Sequence record: OQ990039
Source of the DNA: Escherichia phage SUT_E420
Reading direction: 5' to 3' (one strand)
Length of the DNA stretch: 64,000 nt
Positions within the stretch are counted from its first letter, which is position 1; each line of letters starts with the position of its first letter. The notes beneath the pieces were generated by a model. It was not told the origin of the DNA. It was given only the letters and a program-made list of their open reading frames with translations, and ran no database searches. Shown one piece after another: positions 29,259 through 37,226 of this stretch. Made by a program: the position numbers and the translations under genes.

Positions 29259-29334
29259 TGGAGCGGCTAGAGGGAATCGAACCCTACTCAGCGAGGCTTG
29301 GAAGGCCTGCGGCACAACCCGTGTGCTTAACCGC
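29259..29334 (-). tRNA. tRNA-Gly (anticodon TCC)
   Basis: Acceptor GCGGTTA/TAGCCGC, anticodon loop CTTCCAA, T-loop TTCGATT, CCA encoded. Confidence 0.7.
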
Positions 29335-29342
29335 TTATTGTT

Positions 29343-29418
29343 TGGCTGGAGAAGGAGGAATCGAACCTACCATTAACGGAGTCAAAGGCCGTTGTGCTAA
29401 CCGTTACACTACTCTCCA
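29343..29418 (-). tRNA. tRNA-Gln (anticodon TTG)
   Basis: Acceptor TGGAGAG/TTCTCCA, anticodon loop CTTTGAC, CCA encoded. Confidence 0.65.
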
Positions 29419-29424
29419 ATTATT

Positions 29425-29500
29425 TGGCTGGGATGCCACGGATCGAACGTGGAACCTTCGGAGTCAGAGGCCGACGATCTGCCAATTGATCTACATCCCA
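29425..29500 (-). tRNA. tRNA-Gln (anticodon CTG)
   Basis: Perfect acceptor TGGGATG/CATCCCA, anticodon loop CTCTGAC, T-arm CCACG-TTCGATC-CGTGG. Confidence 0.65.
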
Positions 29501-29512
29501 ATAATTTTTATT

Positions 29513-29707
29513 CTACGGAAAAATTGTTGTTGGCTCAGATTCTTCCAAACGTTTGCCTTCATGATCAACACGAATAACGCCGCATCCTTCGCAAATCACA
29601 ACTGCACCATAACCTTCTTTGACCTCAGCTTCTGTAATCAAACCAGAAAGATCACCAGTATCTTTACCCCACATATCAATGGAGCATTGTTTGCAGAAAT
29701 CAGCCAT
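29513..29707 (-). CDS. small zinc-ribbon-like protein
   Basis: 64 aa with CxxC (CKQC) and CEGC pairs; sits between tRNA genes. Confidence 0.5.
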   Translation of the reverse strand: MADFCKQCSIDMWGKDTGDLSGLITEAEVKEGYGAVVICEGCGVIRVDHEGKRLEESEPTTIFP

Positions 29708-29732
29708 ATTTTATTTCCTATTTAAGTTAATT

Positions 29733-29809
29733 TGGGGTGGCTAGTGGAATTCGAATCCACATAGGCCTGATTCACAATCAGGATCATTAACCAATTATGA
29801 TATAGCCAC
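29733..29809 (-). tRNA. tRNA-His (anticodon GTG)
   Basis: Perfect acceptor GTGGCTA/TAGCCAC, anticodon stem CCTGA/TCAGG with loop TTGTGAA, CCA encoded. Confidence 0.75.
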
Positions 29810-30175
29810 AATTGAAAACTCGCAGGGTTAGCGAAACCTTCCTCAATTAGCATGTTCTAGAATACTAATCAAGTTATCTCCTATTGCACGCAGCTCAAGA
29901 CGAGTACGAATTTTCAATTGTGGCGGCTCTCAGAAACTCTTCTACTCTAGTCTTAGCAGCTTACTCCCGAACGCATGTCGGGGAAGTCTTACTAAGCGCA
30001 TCAAATAGCACCGTTACACTTTGAGCCATTGGTGTATCAAGAAGCAGAAGGACTTGAACCTTCACGAGATAGACCATTTATCTCAGCCGCTTTATGAGGT
30101 ATGTTGCAGGGAGTGGATGTTCCCTATAAACCTTTTAGGCAGCCCCGTCTACCGATTCCGGCATACTTCAGGATT

Positions 30176-30270
30176 TGGAGGTAGGTAAGGGGATCGAACC
30201 CTTACACCGTATCACTACGATCAACCGATTTCAAGTCGGAGTCCAGCGCCAGCCATTGGATTGACCTACC
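30176..30270 (-). tRNA. tRNA-Ser (anticodon TGA), class II
   Basis: 92 nt; perfect acceptor GGTAGGT/ACCTACC, anticodon loop CTTGAAA, long variable arm, CCA encoded. Confidence 0.75.
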
Positions 30271-30282
30271 ATATAAATTGTT

Positions 30283-30373
30283 TGGCGGAAGAGGAGAGAT
30301 TTGAACTCTCAAGCCGTTTTACCAGTCAGCCACTTTCCAAGCGGTTTTCGTCGCCAATTCGATTTGCTCTTCC
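30283..30373 (-). tRNA. tRNA-Ser (anticodon GGA), class II
   Basis: 88 nt; perfect acceptor GGAAGAG/CTCTTCC, anticodon loop TTGGAAA, T-arm GAGAG-TTCAAAT-CTCTC. Confidence 0.7.
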
Positions 30374-30485
30374 AATAATAAGATGATGCCTCTATCACAC
30401 CAGGCAGTTACGCCTCGCTGGGATTCGAACCCATTAAAACAGCTCAACCGAGATAGTAGGTTTAATTTACTCTGACCATCAAATT

Positions 30486-30562
30486 TGGTGCGTGACAAGG
30501 GATTCGAACCCTCAAAACCCGACTTCTAAGGACGGTATGTATGCCAATTCCATCAATCACGC
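30486..30562 (-). tRNA. tRNA, anticodon TAG (Leu-type anticodon on a 74-nt class I body)
   Basis: Acceptor GCGTGAT/GTCACGC, T-arm GAGGG-TTCGAAT-CCCTT; anticodon stem has one mismatch, so identity is tentative. Confidence 0.5.
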
Positions 30563-30567
30563 ATGTT

Positions 30568-30646
30568 TGGTGGAGAATAACGGAATCGAACCGTTCTGAT
30601 GTCCTCGGTGCAAGCGAGGTGTCCACTCCATGCAGACCCATTCCCC
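30568..30646 (-). tRNA. tRNA-Ala (anticodon TGC)
   Basis: Acceptor GGGGAAT/ATTCTCC, anticodon stem CCTCG/CGAGG with loop CTTGCAC, CCA encoded. Confidence 0.75.
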
Positions 30647-30884
30647 AAATTCTTTAGTTTACTAAGGCTATTAGCTCGGCGTAACTACAGCACCTTCGCT
30701 TCAAGCGGAAGGAACCGCGTCATCTCGCAAACCCGATACACTATTCAGTTGCCGCTGAACCTAGTGGACTAATCTAGAACTTCTCCCGAATCGTAGGGAT
30801 CGTGCTTTTTGGCAGCCAGTCCTAGGTCGAGCTAATACCTTAGTGAACTATGATGAGGATTTCTCCTCATCAATTTATATAAAT

Positions 30885-30913
30885 ATTATAACAAGAAATT
30901 AAGCATTAAGCAA
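30885..30913 (-). promoter_or_regulatory. T5-early-type promoter (-35 TTGCTT, -10 TATAAT) reading into tRNA cluster
   Basis: 17-bp spacer; no protein gene immediately downstream, only leader and tRNAs. Confidence 0.55.
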
Positions 30914-30931
30914 CTGCGTTTTTCTTGAAAT

Positions 30932-31010
30932 TGGTAGATCGCCTGGGACTCGAACCCAGAACCTTCCGATTAAAAGTCGGATGCTACTAAACCTATTGAG
31001 CTAGCGATCT
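30932..31010 (-). tRNA. tRNA-Lys (anticodon TTT)
   Basis: Perfect acceptor AGATCGC/GCGATCT, anticodon stem TCCGA/TCGGA with loop CTTTTAA, T-arm CTGGG-TTCGAGT-CCCAG. Confidence 0.8.
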
Positions 31011-31199
31011 ATTAGTAACCATTATACACTTCCTTAATAGAGTGGACTTTTAAGTAAGGGTGATTAGTACTAAACTCTACCATTACTTCATCCCAATTTT
31101 TACCATAATGAGCGAGTAAGGATTTTGATGTATTCTTACCTAACCGTTTGTCACTTACTACTAATCGAAATACTTTCATTTCGAAATCCTCTATTAAAA

Positions 31200-31277
31200 T
31201 GGAAGCGGGTGCAGGAATCGAACCTACCTCTTTCTAGCTTATGAGACTAGCGATCTCTACCAGAGATCTAACCCGCA
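31200..31277 (-). tRNA. tRNA, anticodon CAT (Met or Ile2)
   Basis: Anticodon stem CTAGT/GCTAG with loop CTCATAA; position 1-72 unpaired, which may indicate an initiator-like tRNA. Confidence 0.6.
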
Positions 31278-31283
31278 ATTGTT

Positions 31284-31359
31284 TGGTCAGTGCGGCAGGA
31301 CTCGAACCTGCGACCCGAAGCATCCAAGGCTCCCACGCTACCAACTGCGCTACGCACTG
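31284..31359 (-). tRNA. tRNA-Pro (anticodon TGG)
   Basis: Perfect acceptor CAGTGCG/CGCACTG, anticodon loop CTTGGAT, T-arm GCAGG-TTCGAGT-CCTGC. Confidence 0.75.
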
Positions 31360-31368
31360 TTAATTCTT

Positions 31369-31566
31369 TTATTGTGGAGGAATATTAATAATTCGTCCGT
31401 CTACACAATAAACGGTACTAGGAATTGTACTATATATGTAGAAATTCTTTATATTACTCTCTCCGCCACAGAAATTTTTAGCAAATTCATACTCTTTATT
31501 AATGGTTGAGTCAAGTTTAAAACAACCAGTAAGTAGGAATACAGACAGCAGTAAAACTTTTTTCAT
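31369..31566 (-). CDS. small lipoprotein
   Basis: 65 aa; signal peptide MKKVLLLSVFLLTGC with lipobox LTGC. Confidence 0.55.
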   Translation of the reverse strand: MKKVLLLSVFLLTGCFKLDSTINKEYEFAKNFCGGESNIKNFYIYSTIPSTVYCVDGRIINIPPQ

Positions 31567-31598
31567 TTTGCTTTCCTTCTCAACACTTTATAAGGTAT

Positions 31599-31627
31599 AT
31601 TATACAGAGAATTAAGCATAATAGCAA
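31599..31627 (-). promoter_or_regulatory. T5-early-type promoter (-35 TTGCTA, -10 TATAAT)
   Basis: 17-bp spacer; drives lipoprotein gene and downstream tRNAs. Confidence 0.6.
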
Positions 31628-32019
31628 ATGAATTTTTAATAAATTTACTTATTGTGTAGGCCACCTGGAGGCTACCAACCCCACGGCTGACAAAGAAGTT
31701 TGCGAGACCTCTCTTAAGTGCCAGAATAGACCCGCCGATCTATCGGAACCTACATAATAAGTAAACTTTATAGTGTCATTCTAGACAGGACTCGAACCTG
31801 TTATCACTTGTGCGGACTTACGAGAACCATTCTTTCACTCGAATCGAACGAGCTTCTGCCCTCGCCAAGCTGGTTTCCCCATCAACCACGCTAGAATGTT
31901 TGATTGTTTTCAGTGCAAGAGTCCGAGTCTTGGACACGACCGCTTCGCAAGTACATAGGCAGCTTATCATGAGTCAGCACTTCCGAATTGCTAGCTCCGT
32001 GTTCTGCACTGAAATTTTA

Positions 32020-32367
32020 TTAGTTTAACCGTAAAGTATTATCTACTTCACCCTTAATTGTTCGGCATTCTTCTGGGATTGCTGGTGTAGCCTTATATTC
32101 CCACCATTCAGAACCGTCGTATTCACCACGTTCTAACCAAGTTCCATCAGTAAACCACACGTTACCATAAAGCAATTGCCCACCGAAACCAGAATCATAT
32201 TTAAAGTCTAGATTATTTAGAAAATCTTCAATATCTTTTTCTGTATAACCTACGGGTAACACCCAAACTTCTTTGTCCCCATAATAACCGAATTCTATCT
32301 TAATACACTTAACTTCAGAATTAATATTCTTTAAGGCAAGTAACAATTCTTCTTTAGCATTAATCAT
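32020..32367 (-). CDS. hypothetical protein
   Basis: 115-aa ORF. Confidence 0.5.
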   Translation of the reverse strand: MINAKEELLLALKNINSEVKCIKIEFGYYGDKEVWVLPVGYTEKDIEDFLNNLDFKYDSGFGGQLLYGNVWFTDGTWLERGEYDGSEWWEYKATPAIPEECRTIKGEVDNTLRLN

Positions 32368-32393
32368 AGCATATTTCTCGTACTAGTTTAATT

Positions 32394-32470
32394 TGGCGCG
32401 ACCGATGGGATTTGAACCCACATTCCCTCCCGTGACAGGGGAGTACCATTACCAAGCCAGCCCCGGTCGC
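32394..32470 (-). tRNA. tRNA-Asp (anticodon GTC)
   Basis: Perfect acceptor GCGACCG/CGGTCGC, anticodon stem CTCCC/GGGAG with loop CTGTCAC, CCA encoded. Confidence 0.8.
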
Positions 32471-32479
32471 ATAATTCAT

Positions 32480-32665
32480 TTACTCAGCTTTGAGTTTTTC
32501 AATAGCTGCATTAAGTTCTTTAAGAAACTTTTTTCGTACATTAAGACGGTTGAGACTTACTAGTATATCATGTTTAAGTTCTTCGATGTATTTCTTCTCA
32601 ACTTCAATATTGTTGATAGTGCTATCACGATGAACTTCTAGCTGTGCAATTACATTCTTGGACAT
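32480..32665 (-). CDS. hypothetical coiled-coil protein
   Basis: 61-aa ORF. Confidence 0.4.
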   Translation of the reverse strand: MSKNVIAQLEVHRDSTINNIEVEKKYIEELKHDILVSLNRLNVRKKFLKELNAAIEKLKAE

Positions 32666-32767
32666 GCTTGTTTCCTCAGTTATTAATGAAAATGGTATCT
32701 GTGACTGAATTCGATGTCAGCAATGATAGCTGGTTGGCTACCGGTTTACTTAACTCTACACAGAATT

Positions 32768-32850
32768 TGGCGGGCCGTGTAGGATTCGAACCTACGTTGT
32801 CTTTCGACATGGATTAACAGTCCACCGCCAAACCGCTTGGCTAACGACCC
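32768..32850 (-). tRNA. tRNA-Asn (anticodon GTT), 80 nt with 13-nt variable region
   Basis: Acceptor GGGTCGT/ACGGCCC, D-stem GCCA/TGGC, anticodon loop CTGTTAA, T-arm GTAGG-TTCGAAT-CCTAC. Confidence 0.65.
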
Positions 32851-33002
32851 TAAATTTATATTGCTGACTAGGATTTTCACCTAGACGGAGTTAGCACCGT
32901 AGCGTGTAGCGGCATACCTCTCCAAACCGTGCCTCATCTTTCAATTACGGAGACAGTGTTCCTACGCGTGCCTGAATTGATTTAACAACTCTTTCAGCAA
33001 AT

Positions 33003-33078
33003 TGGACGACCGCATGAGATTTGAACTCACATAAAAAGGATTTGCAATCCTTCGCCTAAGCCATTCAGCCAACGGTCG
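33003..33078 (-). tRNA. tRNA-Cys (anticodon GCA)
   Basis: Acceptor CGACCGT/GCGGTCG, anticodon stem AAGGA/TCCTT with loop TTGCAAA, CCA encoded. Confidence 0.75.
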
Positions 33079-33126
33079 ATTTATCTTGTTCTGTCATGTT
33101 GCTTCTCCAGTTCAATTTATGTAATT

Positions 33127-33155
33127 ATTATACAGAACTTTTGGAAACTAAGCAA
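33127..33155 (-). promoter_or_regulatory. T5-early-type promoter (-35 TTGCTT, -10 TATAAT)
   Basis: 17-bp spacer; immediately upstream of tRNA-Cys. Confidence 0.6.
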
Positions 33156-33420
33156 CTACATTTTTTAAAAATTTGATGCCTTTCTTTTTCTTCTTATATT
33201 TCCACGTTAAGGGATTCTGTCGATTATGAACGCTTGAGATCTTTGTCTCGTCAAAGTTCTTCAATATCATGTAATCACAGGATAATTGTTCTAATGGAAT
33301 GTGATCACCGTCAAAAGCGTATACATAAGGCTGTTGACTAGCACGATAATGATAGACTTTGTTAATTCTACGTTTCAGCAACTTATCCGCGCAGTAAATA
33401 AAGAAGTTTTCAGGATGCAT
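33148..33420 (-). CDS. hypothetical protein
   Basis: ORF 33148-33435 trimmed to ATG at 33420 with GAGGGAG ribosome-binding site; C-terminus overlaps promoter. Confidence 0.45.
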   Translation of the reverse strand: MHPENFFIYCADKLLKRRINKVYHYRASQQPYVYAFDGDHIPLEQLSCDYMILKNFDETKISSVHNRQNPLTWKYKKKKKGIKFLKNVVA

Positions 33421-33437
33421 CAGCAGCTCCCTCAATT

Positions 33438-33512
33438 TGGTGCACCCTGTTCGTATCGAACGAACCTCTCAAGCTCTTCAGGCAAGCGCTAATCCATCTC
33501 AGCTAAAGGTGC
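33438..33512 (-). tRNA. tRNA, probable Phe (anticodon GAA)
   Basis: Acceptor GCACCTT/AGGGTGC, T-arm GTTCG-TTCGATA-CGAAC; anticodon loop CTGAAGA if stem tolerates two mismatches. Confidence 0.5.
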
Positions 33513-33518
33513 AAATTT

Positions 33519-33595
33519 TGGCAAACCTACTAGGACTCGAACCTAGACCGTACGGTTTTGGAGACCGACATGCTGTCCAGTAACACTCTAGGAAT
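33519..33595 (-). tRNA. tRNA-Trp (anticodon CCA)
   Basis: Anticodon stem CGGT/ACCG with loop CTCCAAA; perfect T-arm CTAGG-TTCGAGT-CCTAG; acceptor has two U-U mismatches. Confidence 0.55.
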
Positions 33596-33603
33596 GCAGG
33601 AAT

Positions 33604-33680
33604 TGGCGTCCTGTGCGGGGATCGAACCCGCAAATCCTACCTTGAAAGGGTAGTGACTTTACCAGTTTGTCTAACAGGAC
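33604..33680 (-). tRNA. tRNA-Glu (anticodon TTC)
   Basis: Perfect acceptor GTCCTGT/ACAGGAC, anticodon stem CTACC/GGTAG with loop CTTTCAA, T-arm GCGGG-TTCGATC-CCCGC. Confidence 0.8.
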
Positions 33681-33687
33681 TTAAATT

Positions 33688-33778
33688 TGGTGTTGGATGA
33701 TGGAGTCGAACCACCCGAGACCCTTCCGAGTCGGCAGATTTACAGTCTGCTTCGCTACCTCTACGATACTAATCCAAC
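33688..33778 (-). tRNA. tRNA-Tyr (anticodon GTA), class II
   Basis: 88 nt; perfect acceptor GTTGGAT/ATCCAAC, anticodon stem GCAGA/TCTGC with loop CTGTAAA, long variable arm. Confidence 0.8.
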
Positions 33779-33842
33779 ATATTTAAAAGTATTCAAATAC
33801 TAGTTTAAACACTTTTAGATATGTTTCCAAATTAGATAACTA

Positions 33843-33870
33843 TTATATCAAGTTTTATGGCACTGAGCAA
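33843..33870 (-). promoter_or_regulatory. candidate promoter (-35 TTGCTC, 16 bp, -10 TATAAT) upstream of tRNA-Tyr
   Basis: Overlaps hairpin CACTGAGCAAG/CTTGCTCAGTG that follows the upstream gene. Confidence 0.45.
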
Positions 33871-33906
33871 GTCAAATTTTAAAGAACTTGCTCAGTGCTG
33901 TATTAG

Positions 33907-34182
33907 TTAGTCGAACTTAGGAGCGACAGTTAAGGAGAATGGAAGTTCGAAAACTTCTTCGCCCTCATCACTAACAGTAATTACACGACCTTTAAGTTCA
34001 GACATTGAAATATCAATATCAGCTTTTGCATCTGGAGCCATGCCAGCTTCAATACATTTAGCTTTAACTTCCGGCAGAAGTTCTACATCGTAGAAATAAA
34101 GCCATTCAATCTCACCTTCCCAGCCTTCCCAGGATTTACAGATTGCACTTTCAATACCAGTTGCTATAACACGATTTTGCAT
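33907..34182 (-). CDS. hypothetical protein
   Basis: 91-aa ORF. Confidence 0.5.
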   Translation of the reverse strand: MQNRVIATGIESAICKSWEGWEGEIEWLYFYDVELLPEVKAKCIEAGMAPDAKADIDISMSELKGRVITVSDEGEEVFELPFSLTVAPKFD

Positions 34183-34212
34183 TCGTTAACTCCTTCATCA
34201 ATTTATATAACT

Positions 34213-34242
34213 ATTATACCAGAAATTTAAAGCAAAAGGCAA
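34213..34242 (-). promoter_or_regulatory. T5-early-type promoter (-35 TTGCCT, 18 bp, -10 TATAAT)
   Basis: Conserved leader TCATCAATTTATATAA on plus strand. Confidence 0.5.
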
Positions 34243-34272
34243 GTACATTTTTAAAAATTCTGTTTGGAGGAG

Positions 34273-34479
34273 CTAAACTCCAGATTCTTCAGCTAAGTCT
34301 AGGCTAATAAGAGATATAGCCATAATTGCTGCTCCGTGTTCTCTTTCTCCTGTCTCTTTAGCTAGGGTTATAATATCAAGAAATTGCTTATGAAAGTCTG
34401 CAACCTCTTGAGTCATACCTGCCTCAGCAATCATGCCTTTAAGCATGAAACGTTGTGCGGTAATTTCGGGATTAGCCAT
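34273..34479 (-). CDS. hypothetical protein
   Basis: 68-aa ORF. Confidence 0.45.
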   Translation of the reverse strand: MANPEITAQRFMLKGMIAEAGMTQEVADFHKQFLDIITLAKETGEREHGAAIMAISLISLDLAEESGV

Positions 34480-34654
34480 GTTGTTTCTCCAGTTTCATGT
34501 TTAATAGTCTACAAATAAAATCAATGTCTTCATCTGTGCCTAGATCTCTATCTTCAAGAGTTGCCTTGAAGTTTTTCGTCAATTCCATGAGGATAACTTC
34601 TCTAGAACGACGTGTTGGCGGAGGTGGATGTCTATACATCTTATTTCCTTAAGT

Positions 34655-34731
34655 TGGTAGGGGTGGTGGGATTCGAACCCACAAAACCTGAATTTTAAGT
34701 CCAGTACCTATACCAATTCGATTACACCCCC
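34655..34731 (-). tRNA. tRNA, anticodon TAA (Leu-type anticodon on a 74-nt class I body)
   Basis: Acceptor GGGGGTG/CACCCCT, anticodon stem CTGGA/TTCAG with loop CTTAAAA, T-arm GTGGG-TTCGAAT-CCCAC. Confidence 0.55.
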
Positions 34732-34832
34732 ATGTAATCAGTTTATTAGTTGATACATATTATAGCCTAGTGAAAATCCTACTACTAGTCCCACAAACCA
34801 ACCAATATAATAATCTTTTAGTTTCACAGGTA

Positions 34833-35018
34833 TTATCCTCGTTCAATATCTAGGGAAACACCGCAGTTAGGATTAATACCTGTACCGTTGCAATTTGAAC
34901 AAATCCAGATATTGCAAAAAGTATCTCCTGCTTCTGCATCAGAACTTTCACCAATTCCCCTACACTCAGGGCAGGCACATTCTTCTAGCTCTTGCTTGAG
35001 TTCTTGAAACTTGGACAT
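34833..35018 (-). CDS. Cys-rich small protein (zinc-binding-like)
   Basis: 61 aa; CACPECRG and CSNCNG motifs. Confidence 0.5.
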   Translation of the reverse strand: MSKFQELKQELEECACPECRGIGESSDAEAGDTFCNIWICSNCNGTGINPNCGVSLDIERG

Positions 35019-35027
35019 ATAGTCTCC

Positions 35028-35216
35028 TTAGTCAATTACTTTTGAGGCTTCAAGGGAGTCGATATAGTATACGTTTTCTACCATAATCATATAATCTGCC
35101 ACTTTATCCATAGCTTGGGCCTCAGAGGTAGCTCTGGCTAACCTATATCCTTTTTTATATTCATCCGGGTATTCTCTATCTTGAATAAATACAACATAAA
35201 CTATGTATAATTCCAC
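35028..35216 (-). CDS. hypothetical protein
   Basis: ORF 35028-35363 trimmed: N-terminal part overlaps two tRNA genes; GTG start after AGGGG ribosome-binding site. Confidence 0.4.
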   Translation of the reverse strand: MELYIVYVVFIQDREYPDEYKKGYRLARATSEAQAMDKVADYMIMVENVYYIDSLEASKVID

Positions 35217-35236
35217 TTGTAATCCCCTAATTAAGT

Positions 35237-35314
35237 TGGTGGCTCCCCGAGGATTCGAACCTACGTACCTTCCGGTTATGAGCCGGGTGCTCATACCATA
35301 TGAGCTTGAGAACC
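35237..35314 (-). tRNA. tRNA, anticodon CAT (Met or Ile2)
   Basis: Acceptor GGTTCTC/GGGAGCC with G-U pairs, D-stem GCTC/GAGC, anticodon loop CTCATAA. Confidence 0.55.
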
Positions 35315-35320
35315 AGAATT

Positions 35321-35409
35321 TGGCGGAAGAAGTGGGAATCGAACCCACAAGGCTATATTTCAAACCGACAGATTAGCAATCTGCTGCAATACCGTTATGC
35401 TATTCTTCC
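35321..35409 (-). tRNA. tRNA-Ser (anticodon GCT), class II
   Basis: 86 nt; perfect acceptor GGAAGAA/TTCTTCC, anticodon stem GCAGA/TCTGT with loop TTGCTAA, T-arm GTGGG-TTCGATT-CCCAC. Confidence 0.75.
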
Positions 35410-35430
35410 GAATTTATAAGATATATTATA

Positions 35431-35949
35431 TTAGAAATTTAGCTTCATAGCAAGAAAATTTTTCAAGTTTTCGGTAGACATCTCATCCACATCTACGGGA
35501 GAAACAAAGCCGTTTAATTTTCTAGCAAATTTTTCACCCGCAGGATCGTTGTCTCCGACAGCTACCAATTTAAAAGGTAATAATTTCAGTTGCTTTAATA
35601 ACGCTTTTCCTGGAGAAGAACCTAACATTGCCAGGGCTGGATAACCAGCGTTATGTAGCGCAACTGCCTTAAATACAGATTCAGCGATCAATACTACTTT
35701 TTCATCTCCATTGAGAGTTTCTAGTCCCCATACACACTGGGTAGTAGAATAAGTAAAATATTTAGCTTCAAAGGGACACTTACCATGACCTTTTGGAGCA
35801 GAAGGATTATACGTCTGATAGCCTCGCAACATCCCGGAGAAGTCATACAACGGGACTGTTAGCCATCCTTCCGGACTTAACCAGCAATGATATTTATCTG
35901 TATCAAATCCTCTGGATAAGAGGTGCTGTGTTAGCTCATCAACATTCAT
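35431..35949 (-). CDS. Toprim-domain protein
   Basis: ORF 35431-36000 trimmed to MNVDEL start with GAGAGG ribosome-binding site; VVLIAESVFKAVAL and GDNDPAG resemble the Toprim E and DxD motifs. Confidence 0.55.
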   Translation of the reverse strand: MNVDELTQHLLSRGFDTDKYHCWLSPEGWLTVPLYDFSGMLRGYQTYNPSAPKGHGKCPFEAKYFTYSTTQCVWGLETLNGDEKVVLIAESVFKAVALHNAGYPALAMLGSSPGKALLKQLKLLPFKLVAVGDNDPAGEKFARKLNGFVSPVDVDEMSTENLKNFLAMKLNF

Positions 35950-35979
35950 ATTTGGTTCCTCTCTCAAATTTATAGATAT

Positions 35980-36008
35980 ATTATACAGAGAATTTAGCAT
36001 TCAAGCAA
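35980..36008 (-). promoter_or_regulatory. T5-early-type promoter (-35 TTGCTT, -10 TATAAT)
   Basis: 17-bp spacer, conserved leader. Confidence 0.6.
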
Positions 36009-36124
36009 TCAAATTTTTTAACTTTTTAGAGGAAAATCATAGGGCACTTAAGGGTAGCAGATAAGTGGGGAGGACCAAAATTTGTGACCCCACTAAAAAT
36101 CCGGGGGCAATTTTTAAAGACCCC

Positions 36125-36153
36125 TTGACATTTTCGCTGGGGTAGTGTAAAGT
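36125..36153 (+). promoter_or_regulatory. sigma70-type promoter (-35 TTGACA, 17 bp, -10 TAAAGT)
   Basis: Consensus -35, starts the only plus-strand operon inside the minus-strand block. Confidence 0.55.
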
Positions 36154-36215
36154 ATATGTTATGGATGAGTGATCAAAGAGACACACATTTTCTATATACT
36201 AGGAGGTGTCAAAAT

Positions 36216-37205
36216 ATGACAGAAGAAGTAGCTAAGAGTCCTGAGACCGTCGCTAGCGTTGCAGCAGAACTGCACCGTCACGAGGAATCAGATAAGAAAA
36301 AGTGGGAGAAGGTCAGAGCCTACGAAGAAAAACATCGTGAACACGATGATGAAGAAGAAGATGACGATGATGAACATTGTCATAAATATGGAAAACATAA
36401 AATGCAAGAACCAGTAAACGTATTCACTAGTGGCTTCCCTGGCCTACTGGGTGGTTACCCAGCAAACGCAGGTGCTTTCGGTGGTGAAGGTATGGGACTA
36501 TTCGGAGCTATCCTAATCGGTGCTCTATTAACCGGCGGATTCGGTGGTTTCGGTGGATTCGGTGGACGTGGTGTAGTTGGTGAAGGTACCGCAGTTGATG
36601 CAGTACTTCAGAACCAAGATACCGCTAGTATTCTAGCAGCTATCAACACTACTCGTACAGAGGCTAACCAGGGTACTGGAGCTGTTTTAAGCGCAGTTAA
36701 CAATGGTTTTAGCCAGACAACCCAAAACCAGAGCCGTGATACTCAGTCTGTACTAACTACGATCTACGGTACAGGTGCTAATCTGTCTAATCAGATCTGC
36801 CAGGAAACTCGCAACGTTATTCAGGGTCAGTTCGATCTTTCTCGCCAGATTGATCAATCTTTCGCAGCTAACCAGATAGCTCGTGCACAAGATAAGTTTG
36901 ATTCTGCACAGATCGCTTTCCAGCAGACTTTACAAACTAATAACCAGTTTGCCGCTGTTCAGGCTCAGATGTGTGCTAACCAGAACTCTCTGGAACGTCA
37001 GATCGCTGAATGTTGCTGTGAACTTCAGACTGCGATCGCTGGTGTAACTACTGCGCGTATCCAGGATGAGTTAGACGCATGTCGCCTACGTGAAGCAATC
37101 GCTGCGGGTAGCGGTGCTAACGGTCAGGTAATTAATCAAATCGCTTTAAGTCTTGGTGCTATCACTCAGACTCTGGCTGGTCTGCAGGCTAAACTGCCGG
37201 CTTAA
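36216..37205 (+). CDS. glycine-zipper membrane protein with acidic N-terminus and Q/N/T-rich C-terminal half
   Basis: ORF 36156-37205 trimmed to MTEEVAK start after AGGAGG; DDEEEDDDDEH run, GxxxG-rich hydrophobic GMGLFGAILIGALLTGGFGGFGGFGG, low-complexity tail, C-terminal CCC. Confidence 0.55.
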   Translation: MTEEVAKSPETVASVAAELHRHEESDKKKWEKVRAYEEKHREHDDEEEDDDDEHCHKYGKHKMQEPVNVFTSGFPGLLGGYPANAGAFGGEGMGLFGAILIGALLTGGFGGFGGFGGRGVVGEGTAVDAVLQNQDTASILAAINTTRTEANQGTGAVLSAVNNGFSQTTQNQSRDTQSVLTTIYGTGANLSNQICQETRNVIQGQFDLSRQIDQSFAANQIARAQDKFDSAQIAFQQTLQTNNQFAAVQAQMCANQNSLERQIAECCCELQTAIAGVTTARIQDELDACRLREAIAAGSGANGQVINQIALSLGAITQTLAGLQAKLPA

Positions 37206-37226
37206 TATTAAGGGGAGGAGCCCATT

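Noticed and set aside
33604-33680. Initial reading of this tRNA as an opal-suppressor (anticodon TCA)
   Set aside because: Re-registering the anticodon stem as CTACC/GGTAG gives loop CTTTCAA and anticodon TTC (Glu), with a canonical U33 and A37
35217-35363. N-terminal part of ORF 35028-35363
   Set aside because: This part overlaps two well-formed tRNA genes (35237-35314, 35321-35409); only the 3' portion from the GTG at about 35216 is kept as a CDS
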